A DNA stretch of 64,000 nt, taken from NCBI GenBank assembly GCA_963730345.1, contig CAVSRP010000037.1:46038-110037 (forward strand), written 5' to 3'. This document shows, in pieces, positions 55,988-64,000 of this stretch; within the stretch, counting starts at the first letter, position 1, and each line of letters begins with the position of its first letter. The notes beneath the pieces are model-generated. The model ran no database searches and was not told where the DNA came from. It saw nothing but the letters and a program-made list of their open reading frames with translations. A program made the position numbers and the translations under genes. This DNA is from an uncultured Acidimicrobiaceae bacterium. Its GTDB lineage: Bacteria; Actinomycetota; Acidimicrobiia; Acidimicrobiales; Salinilacustritrichaceae.

Positions 55988-56884
55988 ATGGACCTTCCCG
56001 AACCTGATCTGCTGGTCGAGGTGGCCGATGGGCGACGGGTCGCAGTCGACGACCGTGGCGCTCCCGAGGGTGCACCCGTGCTGTTCCTGCACGGCACACC
56101 GGACACTCGCCTCGCCCGGCATCCCGACGACACCATCGCCCGATCACTCGGCCTCCGGCTGATCGCCGTCGACCGGCCTGGCCTCGGCGGATCGGACGTC
56201 GACCCGTCCGCCACCCCGATGTCGGTCGCCGACGACCACGCCCGAGTGCTCGATCACCTCGGCGTCGACGCCGCGGCGATCCTGGCCTGGTCGGCCGGCA
56301 CGATCCCGGCACTCGCGCTCGCCGGACGGCACCCCGAACGGGTGAAACGTCTCACGCTCGTCGCGCCGCTCGTCCCTGCCGATGCCTACGAGGACCCGTC
56401 CGTCCTCGACGGCTCCGACGACAGCCGCCACCTGTTCGCCGAGGTGATCGCGTCCGCCACCCCGGCCGAGGCCGGACGGGAGCTCGCCATCTGGCTCGTC
56501 CCACCCGAGATCGACGCCGAAACGGCCCGCGTCCTACTGGCCGACAGCATCGCCGCGGTCGGCGACGTCCCCGGCGCCGGCGATGCACTGGTGGCCGCCA
56601 TGCTCGGCAGCGTGGCCGCCGGACTGACCGGACTCGAGCGCGAGATCGCGGCCCAGGCCACGGTCCTCGGCCCGCTCCTCGACGCGGTGAGGACGCCGGC
56701 CTCGATCCACGTCGGGACGCTCGACCGACTGACTCCGGTCGCCATGAGCCAATGGTTGGCCCGCCGACTGGGCGCGACGCTCACCGTGCACGAAGGGTCC
56801 GGCCACGCCCTGGCGATCACTGGCTGGCGGACCTGGCTGGCGGAGCTCACCGATCAGCCCGCACCCGCAGCCGGATCGGGCTGA
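55988..56884 (+). CDS. Alpha/beta hydrolase
   Basis: LFLHGTPDTR, the AWSAG nucleophile-elbow variant, and a C-terminal GSGHAL. ATG at 55988. The track ORF 5' extension runs through the tRNA. Confidence 0.75.
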   Translation: MDLPEPDLLVEVADGRRVAVDDRGAPEGAPVLFLHGTPDTRLARHPDDTIARSLGLRLIAVDRPGLGGSDVDPSATPMSVADDHARVLDHLGVDAAAILAWSAGTIPALALAGRHPERVKRLTLVAPLVPADAYEDPSVLDGSDDSRHLFAEVIASATPAEAGRELAIWLVPPEIDAETARVLLADSIAAVGDVPGAGDALVAAMLGSVAAGLTGLEREIAAQATVLGPLLDAVRTPASIHVGTLDRLTPVAMSQWLARRLGATLTVHEGSGHALAITGWRTWLAELTDQPAPAAGSG

Positions 56885-56892
56885 GCTGCGAT

Positions 56893-57357
56893 CTACGAGC
56901 GCGGGTCCGACCCGGCGTCCACCGGTCCGGGGGCATCGGGATCCATCCAGTCGATGGCCGGCACGTCGGACCACAGACGCTCGAGCTCGTAGTACTGGCG
57001 GGTCTCGGTGTGGAACACGTGCACGACGAAGGCGCCGTAGTCGGCCAACACCCACTCGGCCTCGTTCTGACCCTCGACCCGGAGTGGTCGGGGACCTCCG
57101 GCTTCGGCGACCTTCTGCTCGATGTCCTGCACCACCGTGCGAACCAGGCGCGGATTCGATGCCGACACGATCACGAAGTAGTCGGTGATGGCCAGCACGT
57201 CGCCCACTCGCAGCACCAGGATGTCGACTCCGCCCTTGGCGTGAGCAGCGCGCGCCGCCACGATCGGGTACTCGGGATCGAGGAGATCGACCGTCCCGGT
57301 GGCTGGTGGCGGCCCGGACGTGGGGCCGAGATCGGGTTCAGTCATGCGGGCGGTCAT
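56893..57357 (-). CDS. rsfS: Ribosome silencing factor
   Basis: ITDYFVIVSASNPRLVRTVVQDIE...WVLADYGAFVVHVFHTETRQYYELERLW. The ATG overlaps the upstream stop (ATGA). Confidence 0.92.
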   Translation of the reverse strand: MTARMTEPDLGPTSGPPPATGTVDLLDPEYPIVAARAAHAKGGVDILVLRVGDVLAITDYFVIVSASNPRLVRTVVQDIEQKVAEAGGPRPLRVEGQNEAEWVLADYGAFVVHVFHTETRQYYELERLWSDVPAIDWMDPDAPGPVDAGSDPRS

Positions 57358-58763
57358 CCATAGTCCGCCCCGAGCGTAACGGTGATGTCGGCTGTCTCAC
57401 TCGGTCGGGTGTCCTCGGTCACCTCGCCGACACCGAGGATGTCGGCCACGGCCTGCGCTTCGTCCCGGAACTCGGCGCCGATGTACCGCACCGTCGTGGT
57501 TTGGTGATCGAGCGAGGCTGCGTTCCCGATGAGGACGACCTGGACCCCTGCGGGAGGCAGTTCCGAGGCGACGGAGGCCGCCACCGAGGTGTCGGGGGTG
57601 CCGTTGAGCAACCGGAGGCGGGCGCGTGCCCCCGGAGCTGGTGACACGGGGAACGGCACCAGCTGATCGACCAGTTCGGCGGCCTTCGTCGGCTGGGGCA
57701 CGAATGCCTCCTCGTCGCCGTACTCACCTGGTGGTGTCGGCTTCACCGGCAATGTGGAGATCACGTGGTCCCCCGCGGCGAGCGATCGGACGAAGCGGCC
57801 GATCCCGGTGTCGAGCTCACCGGGGACCGCCGCGTCGGTCCCGTTGGCGGCCACGGCGTCGAGCCATGCCGACCAGAACACCTGCTGGCGGAAGAGGCGG
57901 GCGAGATCCGTCTCACCGTCGACCTTCGCCGCCAGATACGGGCCGACGTCCGCCGCTTGGAGCTGGATCTCGCCCACCGGGAAGCGGACCTCCCCGTCGA
58001 CCGTCAGCGCGTTCGGGTTGTCGATGGTGATCGGTGCCACCGGGGCCACGAGATCCGCCCACCGCGTGGCGTCGACGACCGCCGATTCACCCAATCCGGT
58101 CCCGATGAGGGTGCCGATGACCTCGGTCGCGATCTGGCTGTCACCGAAGTTGTAGGCGATGGCCACTGGGCTCTCGCCGAAGATCGGCACCTCCGTCACC
58201 GTCCTCGTGGGGATCAGGAGGACTCCGCCACCCCCGCCTCCCGGGTTGGGCAGGGTGAGCACGGTGATGGAATCGAGTGCCCCGTTCACGTCCTGCAACA
58301 GCGCCAGCGTGGGCGTGGGATCGACCAGCGCCTCGTACCCGGGTGCCGCCGGGTCGTCGATCTTGGTGAGTACCTCGCCCTCGGTGCTCGATCGGATGAT
58401 GCGGGAACCCGCATAGGCCAGGCCGACCCCACCGACGAGGAGGACGACGAGGACAGCGAACCACGCCACCGAGTGGGGCGACCGGGTCCGCCCGTCCGTC
58501 GCCGCGGCAGCACCATCGGCATCGAAGTCGGCGGTCTCGTCGTCGGCGGTCTCGTCGTCCGCCTCGTCGTCGACCTCGTCGATCTCGAGTGCGTCCGCCG
58601 TGGGACCACGCAGCGCTCGTTCCTCGTCCTGGCCCGGCGTGGGCCTGATGTCCACCGACAACAGCGCGGCCAGGCGGGCAGCCCGCGCCGCCTCCGCGTT
58701 CGCGTCTTCCTCTTCTCCCGCCTCGTCGCCACCGTCGCCCGGCGTGGCGCCATCCTCAGTCAC
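57354..58763 (-). CDS. LCP-like / LytR_C-domain membrane protein with an acidic disordered N-terminus
   Basis: GTG at 58763 overlaps the nadD stop (GTGA). TM segment WFAVLVVLLVGGVGLAYAG. The C-terminal RLRLLNGTPDTSVAASVASEL...ITVTLGADYG is LytR_C-like. Confidence 0.65.
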   Translation of the reverse strand: MTEDGATPGDGGDEAGEEEDANAEAARAARLAALLSVDIRPTPGQDEERALRGPTADALEIDEVDDEADDETADDETADFDADGAAAATDGRTRSPHSVAWFAVLVVLLVGGVGLAYAGSRIIRSSTEGEVLTKIDDPAAPGYEALVDPTPTLALLQDVNGALDSITVLTLPNPGGGGGGVLLIPTRTVTEVPIFGESPVAIAYNFGDSQIATEVIGTLIGTGLGESAVVDATRWADLVAPVAPITIDNPNALTVDGEVRFPVGEIQLQAADVGPYLAAKVDGETDLARLFRQQVFWSAWLDAVAANGTDAAVPGELDTGIGRFVRSLAAGDHVISTLPVKPTPPGEYGDEEAFVPQPTKAAELVDQLVPFPVSPAPGARARLRLLNGTPDTSVAASVASELPPAGVQVVLIGNAASLDHQTTTVRYIGAEFRDEAQAVADILGVGEVTEDTRPSETADITVTLGADYG

Positions 58764-59350
58764 ATCGGGACACGATAGAGGCGACGCTCCCGCACGCAGG
58801 AGATCACCCCCGGTGGCAACAGGTAGTCCAACGGACGACCGTCGGCGATCCGCTCCCGCAGGTCGGTCGACGACACCTCCAGCCTCGGCACCTCCACCCG
58901 GACCCCCCGCCAGCCCTCGGGGATCCGCCCCGGCTGGGAGCCGGGCCGATCGACCACGACCAGCGTCGCCCGGGCCCGGACCTCGTCGACCCGTTCCCAC
59001 GAGAGGACTCCGGCGGCGGCATCGGCGCCCAGCACCACGAACAACTCGGCGTCGGGCACCGCCGCGTCCAGCTCGGCGAGCGTGTCGGCCGTGTAGCTGT
59101 CACCGCCGCGGTCGATCTCGCTCGACGACGCCTCGAGGCCGGCCACGCCGCCGACCGCGGCCTCGACCATCGCCAGACGGTCGGCGGCGGCCGTGATCGG
59201 ACGCGTGCCGACCTTCTGCCAGGGACGATTGGCCACAACGAGGAGCAAACGGTCCAATCGGAGCGCGTAGCGGACGTTCACCGCGGTGACGAGGTGGCCG
59301 ACGTGGGGCGGGTCGAACGTCCCCCCGAAGATTCCGATCCGTTCGGCCAT
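58760..59350 (-). CDS. nadD: Nicotinate-nucleotide adenylyltransferase
   Basis: IGIFGGTFDPPHVGHL, and a C-terminal SSTDLRERI. Confidence 0.93.
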   Translation of the reverse strand: MAERIGIFGGTFDPPHVGHLVTAVNVRYALRLDRLLLVVANRPWQKVGTRPITAAADRLAMVEAAVGGVAGLEASSSEIDRGGDSYTADTLAELDAAVPDAELFVVLGADAAAGVLSWERVDEVRARATLVVVDRPGSQPGRIPEGWRGVRVEVPRLEVSSTDLRERIADGRPLDYLLPPGVISCVRERRLYRVPM

Positions 59351-59529
59351 CCACGCAGGGTAGGGGAACCGTATTCAACGTGACTGCAGTGGCCGTTCGT
59401 GGGAGAATGATCTATCCCCCCATTGGGTAGGTAGCACCATCCGGGTGCCCATCCCCTCCCCGTCTCGTGACTTCAGTCACATTGCCCGATGGGAATCACA
59501 CGCCTGCAACCTTCGTTGGAAGACATGTC

Positions 59530-60363
59530 ATGAGCGATTCAGTAGGTCAGTACCTCAACGAGATCGGCATGGTGCCTCTCCTCACTGCTGAGGAAGAGCG
59601 CACCCTGTCGCAGACCATCGAGAAGGGCCGAGAGGCGCAGGAGCGCCTCGACGCTGGCGAGGCGGTGTCGCGCGAGCTGCGGCGGGCCATCGGCGACGCG
59701 GCCGCCGCCAAGGACCGGTTCATCCGGGCCAATCTCCGCTTGGTGGTCTCCATTGCCCGCCGCTACCCCCTCCCCCCTTCGATGGAGCTCCTGGATCTGA
59801 TCCAAGAGGGCAATCTGGGCCTCGAGCACGCCGTCGACAAGTTCGACTGGCGCAAGGGATTCAAGTTCTCCACCTACGCCACCTTCTGGATCCGCCAGGC
59901 CATCGGCCGGGCGCTCGACCAGAAGGCGTCGCTGGTCCGACTCCCGGGAGATCGCTCCGCCAGCCTGCGGGCCGCGCTACGGCACGCGTCGGGCGAAGGT
60001 ACCGAGCTCGACGACGAGCACGCCCGGCTCCATCGGCTCACCACCCCGACGTCGCTCGATCGCACCGTGGGCGACGATCCCGATGGGTCCGAGCTCGTCG
60101 ATCTGCTGGCCGACTCCAAGCCCGGGCCGGAAAACATCACCATGGCCCGAGCCGAGGACGAGTTCGTCACCGGTCTGCTCGACGTGCTCGAACCTCGGGC
60201 TCGCTACGCCGTCGAGCAGCGCTTCGGCCTCAACGACGGCCGCACCCGCAGCTACCGCGAGGTGGGCGAGGAGCTCGGCGTCACCGCCGAGGCCGCCCGC
60301 CGCCTGGTCAAGCGGGCCGTCGGCACCGTCCGCGAGGAAGCCGGAACGCGCGGCGCCGCCTGA
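59530..60363 (+). CDS. Sigma-70 family RNA polymerase sigma factor (group 2/3-like; no region 1.1)
   Basis: VGQYLNEIGMVPLLTAEEE, RANLRLVVSIARRY, IQEGNLGLEHAVDKFDWRKGFKFSTYATFWIRQAIGRAL, plus a divergent region 4.2. Confidence 0.85.
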   Translation: MSDSVGQYLNEIGMVPLLTAEEERTLSQTIEKGREAQERLDAGEAVSRELRRAIGDAAAAKDRFIRANLRLVVSIARRYPLPPSMELLDLIQEGNLGLEHAVDKFDWRKGFKFSTYATFWIRQAIGRALDQKASLVRLPGDRSASLRAALRHASGEGTELDDEHARLHRLTTPTSLDRTVGDDPDGSELVDLLADSKPGPENITMARAEDEFVTGLLDVLEPRARYAVEQRFGLNDGRTRSYREVGEELGVTAEAARRLVKRAVGTVREEAGTRGAA

Positions 60364-60380
60364 CCATCGACTGATTTGTC

Positions 60381-60419
60381 GAATCGGGACGCCCTCCAGG
60401 CGTCCCGATTCTGCTTTTC
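60381..60419 (+). terminator. Rho-independent terminator of the sigma factor gene
   Basis: gaatcgggacgc / cctccag / gcgtcccgattc forms a 12-bp stem followed by ctgcttttcg. It begins 18 nt after the stop codon. Confidence 0.75.
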
Positions 60420-60452
60420 GTCCAATCCCCCGGGCATGCGAGGCTGTATCCG

Positions 60453-61805
60453 ATGAACACGACCGCGGGCACCTGGTCCCCGAGCTCTTGGCGGAACCGG
60501 CCGGCCCAGCAACAGCCCGACTGGCCCGACGACGGCGAGCTCGATGCCGCACTCAAGCAGCTGGCCACCTATCCCCCGCTCGTGTTCGCGGGCGAGGCCC
60601 GGGTGCTCACCGCCCAGCTCGCCGAGGTGGCCCGGGGCGATGCCTTCCTGCTCCAGGCCGGTGACTGTGCCGAGTCGTTCGACGGCTTCTCGGCCGACGC
60701 CATCCGGGACAAGCTCAAGGTCATCCTGCAGATGGCGGTCATCCTCACGTACTCGTCCGGGGTCCCCACGGTGAAGGTCGGCCGGATCGCCGGCCAGTTC
60801 GCCAAGCCTCGCTCCAGTGCCACCGAGACCATCGACGGCGTGGAGCTGCCGTCGTTCCGCGGCCACATCGTCAACGACATCGGCTTCACCGACGCCGAGC
60901 GGCGCGCCGACCCGGCCCGGCTCCTGCAGGCCTACCACCAGTCCTCGTCGACGCTGAACCTGCTGCGGGCGTTCACGAAGGGCGGCTTCGCCGACCTCAC
61001 CCGTGTCCATGCCTGGAACCAGGAGTTCGTGGCCTCGTCCAACGAGGGCAAGCGCTACGAGCAACTGGCCGACGACATCGACCGCACCCTCCGGTTCATG
61101 CGGGCGTGCGGCATCGACTCGCGCGAAGCGCCGAACCTCCACGAGGTCGACTTCTACACCTCGCACGAGGCCCTGCTCCTCGGCTACGAGGAGGCGCTCA
61201 CCCGCCAGGACTCCCTCACCGGCGATTGGTACGACTGCTCGGCCCACATGCTCTGGATCGGCGAACGCACCCGACAGCTCGACGGAGCCCACGTGGCGTT
61301 CCTGTCCGGCGTCCGGAACCCGGTCGGCTGCAAGATCGGCCCCACCGCCACACCGGCCGAGGTCCTGGCGCTGTGCGAGGCGCTCAACCCGGACCGGACC
61401 CCCGGTCGGCTCACCCTGGTGACCCGCATGGGCGCCGACCGCATCGACGAACTGCTCCCACCGCTGCTCGAGGCCGTCCGCGACGCGGACCACCCCGTCG
61501 TCTGGGCATGTGATCCCATGCACGGCAACACGTTCACGTCGGAGTCGGGCAAGAAGACCCGCCACTTCGAAGCCGTGGTGCGAGAGGTGGCCGGCTTCTT
61601 CCGGGCCCACCACGCAGCCGGGACCTGGCCGGGGGGCATCCACGTCGAGCTCACCGGAGACGACGTGACCGAGTGCCTCGGTGGTGCCGAGGAGATCTCC
61701 GATGCCGATCTGCCCGATCGGTACGAGACCATGTGCGACCCTCGCCTCAACGCTCGCCAGTCGGTCGACCTCGCCTTCCGGGTCGCCGAGCTGCTGCGGT
61801 CGTAG
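60453..61805 (+). CDS. aroG: Class II 3-deoxy-7-phosphoheptulonate (DAHP) synthase
   Basis: [15 protein letters not shown]...[11 protein letters not shown]...[10 protein letters not shown]...[14 protein letters not shown]...DPMHGNT. 450 aa. Confidence 0.92.
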   Translation: MNTTAGTWSPSSWRNRPAQQQPDWPDDGELDAALKQLATYPPLVFAGEARVLTAQLAEVARGDAFLLQAGDCAESFDGFSADAIRDKLKVILQMAVILTYSSGVPTVKVGRIAGQFAKPRSSATETIDGVELPSFRGHIVNDIGFTDAERRADPARLLQAYHQSSSTLNLLRAFTKGGFADLTRVHAWNQEFVASSNEGKRYEQLADDIDRTLRFMRACGIDSREAPNLHEVDFYTSHEALLLGYEEALTRQDSLTGDWYDCSAHMLWIGERTRQLDGAHVAFLSGVRNPVGCKIGPTATPAEVLALCEALNPDRTPGRLTLVTRMGADRIDELLPPLLEAVRDADHPVVWACDPMHGNTFTSESGKKTRHFEAVVREVAGFFRAHHAAGTWPGGIHVELTGDDVTECLGGAEEISDADLPDRYETMCDPRLNARQSVDLAFRVAELLRS

Positions 61806-61901
61806 TCCGGCACCCCCGACGCTGCCGGCCTCGGGGCCACGCGCGTCCACCCGACGGGCACATTTCCCGGCAGATATCCGGATGAATGGGAATGTTGATC
61901 G

Positions 61902-61954
61902 GTTGGGTCAGGTTTTGACACACTGACCCAACGAAAGCTGACCAACGTGGTCAG
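61902..61954 (+). promoter_or_regulatory. Pair of inverted repeats sharing TGACC(C)AAC / GGTCAG half-sites, upstream of the sulfite reductase gene (candidate operator or 5' leader structure)
   Basis: IR1: gttgggtcag (61902-61911) and ctgacccaac (61923-61932), with TTGACA (61915-61920) in the spacer. IR2: ctgacca (61938-61944) and tggtcag (61948-61954). The segment is locally AT-richer. Confidence 0.4.
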
Positions 61955-61994
61955 GTATTGCCGCGACGGCAACGATCGCCCCGTGAGGAAACCC

Positions 61995-63770
<1,776 letters not shown>

Positions 63771-63924
63771 CATGGCTCACTCGGCCTCACGCCCCTGCGG
63801 GCGTTTCGAGCCTCGTTTCGCTGCCGGCTACTCGCTGGCGCTCCTGACGCCGGCCTTGCTGAACGCCGGATCCGCCTGATCGTCGCCTTCCGCACGCATC
63901 CACGAACGAGAGATCTCCTCCCCC

Positions 63925-64000
63925 ATGCCTGTGACCGTGCCGCTCCCCAGCTTGCGCCACACCTACTCCGACGATGAGCTGTTCGAGCTGAACGCCGAGT
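63925..64000 (+). CDS. Start of a downstream gene, possibly phosphoadenosine phosphosulfate reductase (only 25 codons in the window)
   Basis: The ATG at 63925 is preceded by a GAGAG purine-rich stretch. MPVTVPLPSLRHTYSDDELFELNAE resembles CysH N-termini (..ELNAE..). The position after sulfite reductase supports this. Confidence 0.35.
   Translation, partial: MPVTVPLPSLRHTYSDDELFELNAE

Overview
High-GC (about 70%) actinobacterial-type chromosomal window, analysed by eye with no searches run. It has two parts. (A) About 1-21 kb is an accessory cell-surface polysaccharide locus of Wzx/Wzy type. It holds a priming sugar transferase (partial), four glycosyltransferases, a Wzy-like polymerase and a Wzz-like co-polymerase. 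Two secreted proteins share a paralogous C-terminal domain. The locus is visibly decaying. It contains nested IS256-family and IS110-family transposase remnants and a wzx flippase broken by at least 6 single-nt frameshifts. It also contains a giant secreted GH116-like glycosidase carrying four near-identical 732-bp tandem cassettes (carboxypeptidase-regulatory-like plus malectin-like), itself interrupted by an 80-bp tandem duplication and one further frameshift. This giant gene is translationally coupled (ATGA overlap) to an upstream HTTM-domain membrane protein and a small membrane-anchored protein. That three-gene unit is the most interesting candidate system here. (B) About 21-64 kb is conserved housekeeping: amidohydrolase, ATP-dependent DNA ligase, ung, metY, rarD, lepA, rpsT, holA, a DHPS paralog, comEC, comEA, and an ECF sigma with candidate anti-sigma. 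It continues with thioredoxin-TPR, PAC2, an F420-type LLM oxidoreductase and a FAAL/membrane/lipoprotein operon. Next come a Liv-type ABC system with unusual fusions (LivH-LivM; MFS-LivF-LivG), leuS, tRNA-Ala(GGC), rsfS, nadD, a sigma-70 factor, class II DAHP synthase and sulfite reductase. Many long GC-shadow ORFs in the track are rejected. Start codons are often uncertain.
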